Assembly (NCBI GenBank): GCA_019057635.1
Contig: DXJL01000113.1
Span: forward strand, 83,713-115,712
DNA: 32,000 bases
Reading direction: 5' to 3'
From: Candidatus Heimdallarchaeota archaeon
Lineage (GTDB): Archaea; Asgardarchaeota; Heimdallarchaeia; Hodarchaeales; Hodarchaeaceae
Below are positions 8,617-18,542 of this stretch, piece by piece. The translations under genes and the position numbers were made by a program. Within the stretch, counting starts at the first letter, position 1, and every line of letters starts with the position of its first letter. The notes below the pieces were generated by a model. That model did no database searches. It was not told the origin of the DNA and was given only the letters and a program-made list of their open reading frames with translations.

Positions 8617-9486
8617 AATATTTTCAAACCAAAGAGGTAAATTTGAATAACCAGCTTCTTTGGCGATTTTCCTGAAGAGTTTTACAGTTCCTGACCCATA
8701 TTGAAGTGCTTTTTTAGGCTGATTGAAAATTTTTGGCGATAGTCCAAGATTTTCAGCCAACTTCCTAAGAAGAGCTTTTCGTATTGGTTGATCTTTATTT
8801 TCTATAATATGTTTCCTTATTGGTATAGATTGCGCAAATTTAATCACAGTGGGGGAAAGAAAAGGATATACTAGGGTTATTCCAACAAGTCTTGCAATCT
8901 GTTTCTCCATTATCGTCTGATCAGTGACAAGTGAAAGTAAATCATTATGCATCATTTTACTTACCTCTGCTTCCTTAGACTCTCTGTACAGCTCAGCGTA
9001 CTTCTTGTATCCTCCAAAAAGTTCATCTGCTCCCTGTCCTAGAAAAACAACTCTGACATCCTTCTGAGATAAAAACTTCAAACCCACAAATAAGGGAATC
9101 GCAATAGCTAGCTTCCCTACGTCAGAAACCACATTCATCTCAAAAATTCTTTCAATTGCCGAATTAACTACAGAAGAGTCTAACAAACAGACATTAAGTT
9201 CAAATCCTAATTCTCGAGCCCCATTCAAGGCATTTTGGACATCATGGCTTTCTTTAGCTCCAACTGTGACAGGTTTTATTCTTTTTATACCTATTTCTTC
9301 AATTAGAATCTTTATTATAATTGAGGAGTCGATTCCCCCGCTGTAAAGGATACCTACCTCTTCAATACTAAGATTTTGATTAATAAAATCACTTAAATAG
9401 TCTTTTAATTGATTCAAGATAATTCTCCACCAGGACTCCTGACAACAAATTGTGTTTTGATGGTTTCCAATATAAAAAATGAACAA
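8611..9486 (-). CDS. asparagine synthase C-terminal-domain-like PP-loop ATP pyrophosphatase, lacking the glutaminase domain
   Basis: PP-loop LYSGGIDSS and the AsnB-type GQGADELFGGY motif. Start uncertain: TTG at 9486 by the track, but a TTG at 9417 preceded by GGTGGAG is equally plausible. Overlaps the convergent rnz-like stop by 6 nt. Confidence 0.68.
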   Translation of the reverse strand: MFIFYIGNHQNTICCQESWWRIILNQLKDYLSDFINQNLSIEEVGILYSGGIDSSIIIKILIEEIGIKRIKPVTVGAKESHDVQNALNGARELGFELNVCLLDSSVVNSAIERIFEMNVVSDVGKLAIAIPLFVGLKFLSQKDVRVVFLGQGADELFGGYKKYAELYRESKEAEVSKMMHNDLLSLVTDQTIMEKQIARLVGITLVYPFLSPTVIKFAQSIPIRKHIIENKDQPIRKALLRKLAENLGLSPKIFNQPKKALQYGSGTVKLFRKIAKEAGYSNLPLWFENIS

Positions 9487-9560
9487 CGCTCATTATATAT
9501 TTCTGACGCAAAAAATTTATCACTTATTAAAAATTCTAAGAGATTCGATTATTAGGTACC

Positions 9561-10256
9561 GTGGATAAGTGTGAATACAACGTGTCGAATTCCATCCCCA
9601 AAAAAGGTTTACGAAAGAAATATGAGGCTTTTTTTGCCCCATTTGGTAAGTTCTTAGCGAACACTTGGATAACTCCAAACATGATTTCCATCTTGAGTGT
9701 TGGAGTTAGTATTTGTAGTTGTATTGCGTATTCTTTGGGATCTTTGATAGGAGCAAGCTTAGGATTGTTAGTTGGTACTTTTTTGCTTGGAGTTTCTTCA
9801 TTATTAGATATGATGGATGGAAGTCTAGCAAGAGCTAAGGGGATTGCCGGTCACTTTGGGGCATTATTAGATCGGACTTTAGATAGACTTTCAGAATTTT
9901 TCTTTTTGTTCGGTATTATGATTGGAGGATATGTTACCCCTGAATTGGTATTTTTTTGCTTTGAAGGAATGATCCTTGCAAGCTATGTGCGTTCGACTGC
10001 AGAACTTCGTGGTGGCTTAAATATGGATTCTACCAAAGGTATCTTTGAAAGAAAAGAGAAATTAACACTTTTAGCCATTGGCTGCCTTTTAGAGATTCTA
10101 ATCATCGAAAATATCTTCTCGGATCTCTGGTCTTTCACCAATTTTGGCATTCTTTCAGTTATTGTCTTGATAATTGGTATTGCCTCGAATATATCGGCAT
10201 TTCAGCGTCTCCTCTATGCCCGAGATTATCATGCCACTCACGATATAAGTAAGTGA
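9561..10256 (+). CDS. CDP-alcohol phosphatidyltransferase family membrane protein (archaeal polar-lipid head-group synthase type)
   Basis: DMMDGSLARAKGIAGHFGALLDRTLDR matches D-G-x2-A-R-x8-G-x3-D-x3-D. Multiple TM segments. GTG start. Confidence 0.85.
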   Translation: MDKCEYNVSNSIPKKGLRKKYEAFFAPFGKFLANTWITPNMISILSVGVSICSCIAYSLGSLIGASLGLLVGTFLLGVSSLLDMMDGSLARAKGIAGHFGALLDRTLDRLSEFFFLFGIMIGGYVTPELVFFCFEGMILASYVRSTAELRGGLNMDSTKGIFERKEKLTLLAIGCLLEILIIENIFSDLWSFTNFGILSVIVLIIGIASNISAFQRLLYARDYHATHDISK

Positions 10257-10271
10257 AATCTCTAGACTAGG

Positions 10272-11573
10272 CTAGAATTTTCGTTTGGGGTTCTTAATCT
10301 TGATTTTCTTTTTGCAAATTGGACAAAACCCACGAATTTTCAGCCATTCTGCGAGATGTGAATAATGTGCGGGTGATCCACACTCAGGACACCTTACTAA
10401 TCTAGTTATGTCGGTAACTTTCGTTCGACATACTGAACAGTTCTCCTCAACTCTTTGATCGGTAGGAAAAACAGATTCAGCTGATAGGAAAGTCGAACCG
10501 CCAGATGAAACAGCTTCGATATTCTTCGCACGAACTTGGAATGATTTTGCAGCTTGCTTTGATCTCACTAGTTCTGCAGCTTGTCGATAAAGAGAAGCTG
10601 AGTAGGTAGGATTATGTTCCTCATTAGCTAAAGCAGCCTCTGCGTATACAAATCCAGGTACTTCATCACCAAAGCTTTCGACAAGTTCTTCATAGAGAGC
10701 TACAGATTGATTGAGATTTTTCTTTCTTAGGAGATCTCTAGCTGAATCCAAAACCTTCAATCGTCTATCAAATTCTTGTATTTTCTCTCTTATTTTTTGA
10801 TTTTCGTTTTCAGTTTCTCCCTCGTTTTCCTCGGTTAAATTACTTAACAGTCCATTTGTGATACTTAAGGAACGTCTAACTTGTTCAATGTCTCCGCTTG
10901 TGAAGCTTTTTTGAATATCACGAATATATCGATTTAATGCTTTTTTTGGATGACTCGTCGTAGAAAGATATTCTTTGGCTAATGAGTCAAAACCCTGCTT
11001 TTTTAATTCTGAAGCGGCTGCAATCAGTACAGTATTTGCTTCCTCTTCAGCTCCCATTGCTCTAAGAAGCTCTGAAGCCTCAAGGAACTTTTGATTGGAA
11101 TAAGCATGCCGAGCTAAATTCCTTATTGCTTGGTCACGATTATGGATAAACTGTGAGTTTTGATCAATGACTTGGATTGCTGCTGGAATAAAATCAGTTC
11201 CTCCAATGTCAATATAGGCTTTTGCTGCTGCAAAAGGTTTTCTGGCAAAAATAAATGCTTTAGAGGATTTGTGAGGATCGTTCTTTGCTCCATAAATCCG
11301 AGCCAGATTAAGAAAGGCTCTTTCGATGTTTCGAGGAGGAAATTTTCTCTCCATACTTCTGAGCGCTAAAATTTGAGAAGCTTCTGGTGTTCGCATTACC
11401 ATATCTGCTGCTTGACTTATCGAAATTTTTGAGTATATCTCCAAAGCGTCTAGATATCTTCCTTGCTGTTCTAAATTGATTGCATTTTGTACTCGTTTAC
11501 CTTTAGAGCCCCAAATTTTACGTATAAATATTATTACGACCCCAATTATAATTAGATATATTATGGTATCCAT
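10272..11573 (-). CDS. N-terminally membrane-anchored helical-repeat (TPR-like) protein with a C-terminal RING-like C4H2C2 zinc finger
   Basis: N-terminal TM segment MDTIIYLIIIGVVIIFI. Long Ala/Leu-rich helical-repeat body. C-terminus CSVCRTKVTDITRLVRCPECGSPAHYSHLAEWLKIRGFCPIC followed by a basic tail. Confidence 0.7.
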   Translation of the reverse strand: MDTIIYLIIIGVVIIFIRKIWGSKGKRVQNAINLEQQGRYLDALEIYSKISISQAADMVMRTPEASQILALRSMERKFPPRNIERAFLNLARIYGAKNDPHKSSKAFIFARKPFAAAKAYIDIGGTDFIPAAIQVIDQNSQFIHNRDQAIRNLARHAYSNQKFLEASELLRAMGAEEEANTVLIAAASELKKQGFDSLAKEYLSTTSHPKKALNRYIRDIQKSFTSGDIEQVRRSLSITNGLLSNLTEENEGETENENQKIREKIQEFDRRLKVLDSARDLLRKKNLNQSVALYEELVESFGDEVPGFVYAEAALANEEHNPTYSASLYRQAAELVRSKQAAKSFQVRAKNIEAVSSGGSTFLSAESVFPTDQRVEENCSVCRTKVTDITRLVRCPECGSPAHYSHLAEWLKIRGFCPICKKKIKIKNPKRKF

Positions 11574-11974
11574 TTACGAAAATTACCACCGAAAAGATTA
11601 GTTAATTTATCCAAACACCTGATTTCAAAGGTCTTGGCAAATTTCTACAACGTATTGTTCACTGAAAGACTCGACAACCTAAATGTGGTGCTTTGTATAA
11701 TTATTTACTTTCAAATTTTTAAGATTTTTCTGTTTCGGAATATGTGATTCCAGTTCCTATGTTTGTGGACGAAATCCTAGCATGAATGTATTTCTAAATG
11801 TGAATAAAAAAGTTAACCGAACTATTTTGATAGAAATAGCGAGTTCTCTCTTCTATTCAACATTTTCTTCGGAATCTGTACAATAAGGCATTCAGTCATG
11901 ATATCTGGAAGACATGCTTCTATTAATTCTAAAATTGGAGATCTCTATTTGTTAAAGAATAGAAGGAAAATACT

Positions 11975-12280
11975 ATGTCTTCTTGGCAATCATTCTTCAA
12001 TCAGCTTACAAAACCCTCAAAACAGGACAATCAAGCATCTTATGATATTATATGTCAATGTGAGAAAGGGAAATTGATAGTCATAAATGGTTCTAACTTC
12101 GAAACCTCTACCAACTGTTCTATGGATTTATTTTGCAGTATCATTCAGATAGACAAACATCGAGCTAAAACCTTTAATAATAAAATAACCATTATTCCAT
12201 GGAAGTCAGGAATGGATGAAGAAGATCCCCATGATAAGATAATCTCACTTGATCATTTGCTGGAGAAAAAGGAAATTTAA
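11975..12280 (+). CDS. hypothetical small protein
   Basis: Only an isolated 101-codon ORF in an otherwise ORF-free interval. No recognisable motif. Confidence 0.3.
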   Translation: MSSWQSFFNQLTKPSKQDNQASYDIICQCEKGKLIVINGSNFETSTNCSMDLFCSIIQIDKHRAKTFNNKITIIPWKSGMDEEDPHDKIISLDHLLEKKEI

Positions 12281-12660
12281 TATGATCAAATTTGTCTGAC
12301 AAAAATATATTCTCAGTTTCACCTCACTCTCTCTCTGAATATCTTAAAAAGTCTCCTCCCCTCAAATCCTTAAGAATCAGAGATAATGAATAAAGAGAGC
12401 TCAGTGTTTCTGGAATACCTCCCTCGTAACTACGTTAGACGATTTACCTGTCAAAGGCAAGGGAGGTAAGACCAGTGGTTTCAGAAATTCGAGGAATTAA
12501 AAGAGAATGCCAACCCCAAAGTAACAATTAGTCCCACGAAAACGAATTCTTTATTGAATTGGTTTTTTCGGATAGTGGATGTGTGATTCATCCTGTCCAG
12601 AATCCGGTTTCACTGCATTGTCTGACAAATTTAGTCATGCCAATTAAATTATGAGCCCCT

Positions 12661-14901
12661 TCAAATGGCTCCTGAAATCTTCTTTATGGCTTTGATCAAT
12701 AGACCGTTGGCTTCTTTCCACGTTAATCCTGTTTTTCCCAAAGTTTGGCCCCAAGTTCTTCCTTGAAGAATTCTAGAAATCAGTAGCATTTCTTGAGATG
12801 AACTTAATTTGATATCTAAAGGTGTTACAAAATACGCAATTGCTAACTCTTGCAGTACGTCCACAGCTAATAAAAAATTTAGATATCCTGCATTATATTT
12901 TTTCAAACGGTAATTTCCGCTCTGGGTAATTCTAACCTGGTAGTTTGGAATTGAAACACACGACTGCATAATTAGAAGTACCAATTCAGGCTTTAGCTCA
13001 AATAAAGACTGTTTCAATAAATGAATAAACTGAAAGAAGAAATCACGAGAAGTTTGTTCAATAAATACTTGTGCTTGATCCGAAAGTGGTTTAACAAGAA
13101 CAATATTCCATTCCGAAGTCTCAGGAGTCTTTATTGGTCGAATATGGATAATTTTGAATCCAAACTTCTTCCAGAATTTTAGAAGTTTGACTGTTGCTCC
13201 AAAACTCACCCCGATCCAATCAAGTGTATTATATTGTTTGAGAATTCTCTCGATTGCCATTCTCCCTAAACCTTTATTTTTTAATTCAGGATGTGTGGCG
13301 ATTCTAACAATTCTTAAACCCTTAAGTTTCGCAAAATCAGGAGAAAAATATCGAATTCCAATTGCAGGAATAAGATCTCCTTCAATAAAATGGCCTTCAT
13401 CAATTTTTAATGCAATATTATCAGGTAAAGCTCCCTCTTTGGCTAGTTGACATGCTAGAAGAATAGAATTATGTCTATCCTGGATTGAACCAGTAAGATA
13501 CGCAAGAGAATGTCGATATGAATCCGCAATCAATAACAGATCATTAGGTTGATTTCTATAATGAGAATAAATTAACAATCCCATTACTTCTCTTAGTAAT
13601 TCAAAATTTCTTTCAGAAAACAATTCTGAAGGCTCATTGAGGGTTAATAATTTAGCGTTGTTATTTAGATTATTGAATTCATCTATTTCAATCGATGGTT
13701 TCTCCACTTGTAAGAGGAATGTGTTTTTCAAGAGTTCTTCAATTGAATCACCTTCAGCATAACGAATTGGGTTATTAAGTGTATATACTTGATGCTCAAA
13801 ACGGGGTCGTTTCTTTATCATATTCAAGATTTTGTGTTGGAAACTCCTTCCAGTACCCTCATAACCGTGAATGGTTGATATTAGAATCTTTTTATTCTTA
13901 CTAAAAAGAAATTCAGTTAGTTTCTCTTGTGGAAAAGCGGCAGCTTCATCAACAATTAAGATGTCTGTTTTTATATCCTTTGAAATTTCTTCTGGATTAC
14001 GATATTCTATCTTGCTCCCCTTAGTAAGATATATCCCTACTATTTGATCATCTGATTTCTGGATACGAAATTCTAGGTTATTCTTTTCTAAGCCTAAAGA
14101 CAGAAATAAGAAAACGCTTTGGGTTTGAGAAATAGTCTGAGCAGTAATTGTGACCCGACACTTTTGTGATTTAAAGTTAATCAATGTGTAAGCTATGGCT
14201 AGACCTGTAGCAGCGGATTTTCCTCTTCCACGATCAGCAACAATTACACTTATCTTACTTGAATTACTTTTCTCTCCAAGTTCTTTAGCAAGAGAGAGGA
14301 TTAAATTGTACTGACTAACTGAAACTGGGATTTTTAGGAGTTCTTCTGAAAGAATTTTCGTCATTGAAATTGGATTATAATAAGGATAAAGATCTTTTTC
14401 CTCATTAACAGCCGTAATACAGTTAGTACTGGCCTTAATCTCCTGAAGAAATCTATCTAGTAAATTTGACCTTTTTGAATGAATGAATCGATGTTTATTC
14501 ACAGATTTAATCCACAGATCATATTTTTCTCCAATTAGTATGATCAATCCTCCCCCAAGTACTGTTTCGCTCAATAAAATCAATTTATTTGGATCAAATT
14601 TCTGTCTGAGGTCAATAACTATGAAATCATGTGTTAATCCAAGTAAAGAGCTGACTTCTCTAAGATAATACTTCTTAACCTTAGGGAAATATTTTACTTT
14701 TTTGACTATTCGACCAAAAAACTTGTCTTGAAATAATGATTCTTCTCCAATGATTACACCCCTGATGGATATTTGATTTGAATTAACAAGAGAATCAAAA
14801 AAATTTAGTAAAGAAGCAACAGCTTTCTCAAGAGAATCGAAGAGAACAAGAGTTCTAGAATTAATCTCGGATTGAACACGATTTTGAGAGAAATGTTGCA
14901 T
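12661..14901 (-). CDS. tmcA: tRNA(Met) cytidine acetyltransferase TmcA (NAT10/Kre33 homologue; ac4C writer)
   Basis: Helicase-type P-loop ADRGRGKSAATGLA, Walker B LIVDEAAA, then a GNAT module (RIATHPELKNKGLGRMA) and a tRNA-binding tail. Size and domain order fit TmcA. Confidence 0.9.
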   Translation of the reverse strand: MQHFSQNRVQSEINSRTLVLFDSLEKAVASLLNFFDSLVNSNQISIRGVIIGEESLFQDKFFGRIVKKVKYFPKVKKYYLREVSSLLGLTHDFIVIDLRQKFDPNKLILLSETVLGGGLIILIGEKYDLWIKSVNKHRFIHSKRSNLLDRFLQEIKASTNCITAVNEEKDLYPYYNPISMTKILSEELLKIPVSVSQYNLILSLAKELGEKSNSSKISVIVADRGRGKSAATGLAIAYTLINFKSQKCRVTITAQTISQTQSVFLFLSLGLEKNNLEFRIQKSDDQIVGIYLTKGSKIEYRNPEEISKDIKTDILIVDEAAAFPQEKLTEFLFSKNKKILISTIHGYEGTGRSFQHKILNMIKKRPRFEHQVYTLNNPIRYAEGDSIEELLKNTFLLQVEKPSIEIDEFNNLNNNAKLLTLNEPSELFSERNFELLREVMGLLIYSHYRNQPNDLLLIADSYRHSLAYLTGSIQDRHNSILLACQLAKEGALPDNIALKIDEGHFIEGDLIPAIGIRYFSPDFAKLKGLRIVRIATHPELKNKGLGRMAIERILKQYNTLDWIGVSFGATVKLLKFWKKFGFKIIHIRPIKTPETSEWNIVLVKPLSDQAQVFIEQTSRDFFFQFIHLLKQSLFELKPELVLLIMQSCVSIPNYQVRITQSGNYRLKKYNAGYLNFLLAVDVLQELAIAYFVTPLDIKLSSSQEMLLISRILQGRTWGQTLGKTGLTWKEANGLLIKAIKKISGAI

Positions 14902-14914
14902 ATTAACACTTCTC

Positions 14915-15478
14915 TCATTCTACTTTAATTTTTGTAACTCGTTTCTTCATCGTAGCAAGGATTTCGTTACAAACTTCAAGTGCAATTTCATGTTCTGTTT
15001 TTATCGTTTCAACTTCAGAAACGATTTTTCTTTGTTCTGAATGTGAAATTCGCTTATCAAGTAGTTGTTTAATAGTGTTTAAGCGTGGAAAGCTACTACA
15101 GATATGAGATTGATTACCTCTTATTTCATTAGTTTCTGATTTCTGAATAAACTTTGCCACTCCAGGAAAAAGTGTGTAATATAGCCGAGGTCTTCCTGGA
15201 CCTTCTCCAGGTCGTTCTTTTCCAACGACAAGATTTTGCTTCTTTAGAACATCAAGATGTCTAATGATGGATTGGGGATGATCGTTTAATCGTTTAACAA
15301 GATCATTAACGAATCCTTCCTTATGAGCCAATTCTACTAGCATTCGTCTCCTCGTACGATTTGAGAGTAAATGCAAAATTTTATCAATTCCTTGATAGTT
15401 TAAGGATTTGTTACTTTCTATCTGATATGAGAGGATCTTTAGAATTAATTCTATCTCATCATTTGGATTATTACTCAT
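14915..15478 (-). CDS. ArsR/Phr-like winged-helix transcription regulator with a C-terminal helical tail
   Basis: LSNRTRRRMLVELAHKEGFVNDLVKRLNDHPQSIIRHLDVLKKQNLV...GRPRLYYTL is a wHTH pattern. From memory it resembles the Pyrococcus heat-shock regulator Phr, including the long helical C-terminus. Confidence 0.75.
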   Translation of the reverse strand: MSNNPNDEIELILKILSYQIESNKSLNYQGIDKILHLLSNRTRRRMLVELAHKEGFVNDLVKRLNDHPQSIIRHLDVLKKQNLVVGKERPGEGPGRPRLYYTLFPGVAKFIQKSETNEIRGNQSHICSSFPRLNTIKQLLDKRISHSEQRKIVSEVETIKTEHEIALEVCNEILATMKKRVTKIKVE

Positions 15479-15490
15479 TTACTTCACCTT

Positions 15491-16285
15491 TTAGACAAAA
15501 AATTGTGAATCGGTTGAAAAAATACTCTTATCATCAGGAATTCTTTCTTTGGAAGCCTGAAATGTGTCTTTAAAGATAGATACTTCCTTTAAAAGATTTG
15601 AAAAATCATGTTCAATCTTAAAATCGTGTGTAAATACTTTTAACAATTCTAATGCTGAAACAGGATCATATTCAGCGAAAGAATCAACAGTAAGCAATTC
15701 AATTGGTATATTTTCAACATTCGAAAAATAAGTCAGAAAAGAGCTGGCAGCCTGTCCCATCATTGTAAAATCGGAATCAATACTTTCTTTAAACTCAACT
15801 CCTGATTTTGAGGAATTCACCCAATGAACTTGTGGGACTGATGATGGATCTCGGCGAAAATTATGCACTCCATCAATTATGATAATTTTTGAAGGATTTA
15901 ATCTCAAGTAAAAAGACCATAATTCCTCAGCAAGCTGATAACTGATTACATCAGGAATTGCAAAACTGCTAGTTGTGAGAATAAAACGGTTTGATCCGAT
16001 TTTGACCTGAACCAACGAGATTGGGAGGAGGATATCTTCATCAATTAGTTGGATCATTTCATTGAAGTAACTAGAAAAGACACCTGCCAGTTTTATGCTC
16101 TTTTGACTAAGTATTTGTAATTCTTTTGTGACGGTTTGTGCAACTGCTCCATAATATCCTAATAACTCTAAAATTATAATCCCGTCAACGTTATCCGGGA
16201 TAGATCTTCCTAGAAACCTTAATGTTTCTTCCTCGGCCTTTTCTAACCATTCCTCAATTTCTTCGGTTAATTTCTCAAGATGCAT
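15491..16285 (-). CDS. PAC2-family (proteasome assembly chaperone-like) protein
   Basis: Size and the C-terminal pattern MMGQAASSFL...ELLTVDSFAEYDPVSALELLKVF resemble the archaeal PAC2/COG1938 family. Adjacent to cdc48. Assignment is from remembered family patterns only. Confidence 0.55.
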   Translation of the reverse strand: MHLEKLTEEIEEWLEKAEEETLRFLGRSIPDNVDGIIILELLGYYGAVAQTVTKELQILSQKSIKLAGVFSSYFNEMIQLIDEDILLPISLVQVKIGSNRFILTTSSFAIPDVISYQLAEELWSFYLRLNPSKIIIIDGVHNFRRDPSSVPQVHWVNSSKSGVEFKESIDSDFTMMGQAASSFLTYFSNVENIPIELLTVDSFAEYDPVSALELLKVFTHDFKIEHDFSNLLKEVSIFKDTFQASKERIPDDKSIFSTDSQFFV

Positions 16286-16307
16286 AAAATCACGTCGATA
16301 AATAGCT

Positions 16308-18506
16308 TCATAAAATATCCCTGTAACGATGTTTCGAAGACGTACGAATAGTGCTTACTGCTTTCTCAAAATCATCCATTCTTATTTTCGGTTTTTTTGT
16401 TTCAGTCAAATTTTGAATTTCTATATCAGTAGGTATTTGATTTTTCTCCTTGATTTGAGATAAAAATCGTGATGTAGCATAAGAAGAAGCTAAATTCACA
16501 ACGCTTTTCAAATCAGCTCCACTGAAACCATCTGTAATTTTTGCTAGAGAATCTATTGATATTTTAGGGTCTAATGGTTTGTTCTTGATATGAATCTGTA
16601 GTATTTTTCCTCTCGCAACAGAATCGGGTAATGGCAGAGTAATGATATGATCGAACCTACCTGGTCGTAAAACTGCAGGATCTATCATATCAGGCCGGTT
16701 GGTTGCGCCAATAACAATTATATCTGCAATTTCTTCCAATCCATCCATTTCAGTAAGTAGAGTGGTAACTAATCTTTCAGAGCTGGGATTAGATTCATTT
16801 CGGACAGGGAAAATCGTATCCATTTCGTCAAAAAATACTATGCATGGAGTAGTCAATCTCGCTTTCCGAAATATTTCTTGAATTGTTCGTTCGCTCTCTC
16901 CAATCCATTTTGAATGGATTTCAGCACCCTTAATAGAAATAAAATTTCTTGATGATTGATTAGCAACTGCTTTTACTATCAAAGTTTTTCCTGTACCTGG
17001 TGAGCCTGTTAGTAATATTCCTCGGGGTGGTTCACTTCCCATGTACCTATATAATGAGGGAAAAATTGTTGGCCACTCAATTGCCTCGCGTAATTGTTGC
17101 TTTACCTCATCTAATCCTCCTATATCATCCCAACCTACAGTGGGAATATCTATAAGAACTTCTCGCAGTGCACTCGGTTTAATCCCCCTTAGGGCATTTT
17201 CAAAATCTTCAGCAGTTACAGAAATTTGATTCAATAATTCTACGGATATCGATTCTCCCCATACAATTTTTGGGAACAGACGTCTTATCGCTTTCATTCC
17301 AGCTTCTTTCGTCAAAGAAGAAAGATCGGCGCCAACAAATCCTTTAGTGTGTTCAACAATCTTACTCATATCGACGTCTTCAGCCAATGGCATATATCTT
17401 GTTTGTATTTCGAGAATAACTTTTCTAGCCTCGGATGTTGGAACTGGAATCTCGATCTCCCTATCAAATCGTCCAGGGCGCCGTAATGCAGGATCAATTG
17501 AATTTGGTCTATTAGTTGCTCCGATAACTATCGTTTCACCTCTCCCGCTTAAACCATCCATTAAAGATAACATCTGTGAAACAACACGACGTTCTACTTC
17601 TCCTGAACCTTGATCATCCCTCTTAGGTGCAATACTATCAATTTCATCAATAAATATGATACTTGGTTCATTCTTTGCTGCTTCATCAAATATTTCTCTG
17701 ATTTTCTGTTCACTCTCTCCGTAGAATTTTGACATGATTTCTGGCCCAGAAACATGCATAAAATGAGAAGCTGATTCACTAGCAACTGCTTTTGCTAGTA
17801 ATGTTTTTCCAGTGCCAGGTGGTCCGTGTAATAGAACACCTTTCGGAGGATTTACTCCCAAGCGTTGAAAAAGCTCGGGATAACGCATGGGTAGTTCAAC
17901 CATTTCTCTTAGATTTTTGATTGTTTCATCTAATCCTCCAATATCTTCATAGGAGACCCGTGGAATAGCTTCGTTTTCTGTTTGTTCCTTAAGGGAAGTT
18001 GATTCTTTCGATTCGATTATAATTTCAGTTTGTTTGTCTACTACAACTGATTCACTGTCTGGTTGGACCTCTATAACTTTATACTCAAAGATATTGTCCA
18101 TAGAACCAAACCGCATTTGATCACCAATTGAAAGCGCTCTTCCCTGCAATTTCTGATGGAAAAATACCTGGGCATTTCCAATTATATTTGCTGATGTAGA
18201 AAGTAGAGTAACTGCCGTCGCTGTAAGGGTTACAGCTTTCCGAATGATTACATTATCATCTAAATGAACACCTGCATTCTGTCTAGTAATTCGATCAATT
18301 AGAATGATATCCAGTGATTCACCACTAGTATAGGCTGGCCATACAATTGCTGAAGTTTTTAATGAATTCTTTCCCTCTACTTCAATTACATCTCCAGATT
18401 GTAAACTAAGTTGACTCATAATTCTTTTAGCAATACGGGCAATTCCTTTTCCTACATCACGGTATTGTGCTTCAGCAACTTTAAGCTGGTACTCATCAGA
18501 TTTCAC
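16308..18506 (-). CDS. cdc48: Cdc48/VCP/p97-type AAA+ ATPase (N domain plus D1 and D2)
   Basis: N domain LKVAEA...DVGKGIARI. Two Walker A motifs ([13 protein letters not shown] and [13 protein letters not shown]). Two Walker B motifs (IIFIDEIDS and IVFFDEMDT). Second-region-of-homology arginines PGRFDREI and [11 protein letters not shown] start. Confidence 0.95.
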   Translation of the reverse strand: MKSDEYQLKVAEAQYRDVGKGIARIAKRIMSQLSLQSGDVIEVEGKNSLKTSAIVWPAYTSGESLDIILIDRITRQNAGVHLDDNVIIRKAVTLTATAVTLLSTSANIIGNAQVFFHQKLQGRALSIGDQMRFGSMDNIFEYKVIEVQPDSESVVVDKQTEIIIESKESTSLKEQTENEAIPRVSYEDIGGLDETIKNLREMVELPMRYPELFQRLGVNPPKGVLLHGPPGTGKTLLAKAVASESASHFMHVSGPEIMSKFYGESEQKIREIFDEAAKNEPSIIFIDEIDSIAPKRDDQGSGEVERRVVSQMLSLMDGLSGRGETIVIGATNRPNSIDPALRRPGRFDREIEIPVPTSEARKVILEIQTRYMPLAEDVDMSKIVEHTKGFVGADLSSLTKEAGMKAIRRLFPKIVWGESISVELLNQISVTAEDFENALRGIKPSALREVLIDIPTVGWDDIGGLDEVKQQLREAIEWPTIFPSLYRYMGSEPPRGILLTGSPGTGKTLIVKAVANQSSRNFISIKGAEIHSKWIGESERTIQEIFRKARLTTPCIVFFDEMDTIFPVRNESNPSSERLVTTLLTEMDGLEEIADIIVIGATNRPDMIDPAVLRPGRFDHIITLPLPDSVARGKILQIHIKNKPLDPKISIDSLAKITDGFSGADLKSVVNLASSYATSRFLSQIKEKNQIPTDIEIQNLTETKKPKIRMDDFEKAVSTIRTSSKHRYRDIL

Positions 18507-18542
18507 TTTTCTTTATCTCCAGTCAAAGCTGCATAGATTGCA

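Noticed and set aside
11160-11369. 69-aa plus-strand ORF
   Set aside because: It is antisense within the TPR/RING-like gene and is a Cys-rich artefact of the opposite frame.
12416-12468. H/ACA guide RNA candidate, considered because cbf5 is in the window
   Set aside because: No ACA box follows the stem on either strand at the required distance, and no convincing pseudouridylation pocket or K-turn is present.
13154-14668. Plus-strand ORFs 13154-13450 and 14483-14668
   Set aside because: Both are antisense within tmcA.
15361-15573. 70-aa plus-strand ORF across the wHTH/PAC2-like boundary
   Set aside because: It is antisense to two tightly packed genes.
16699-17785. Small ORFs 16699-16881, 17041-17229 and 17347-17613 (plus), and 17594-17785 (minus)
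   Set aside because: All lie inside cdc48, antisense or out of frame.
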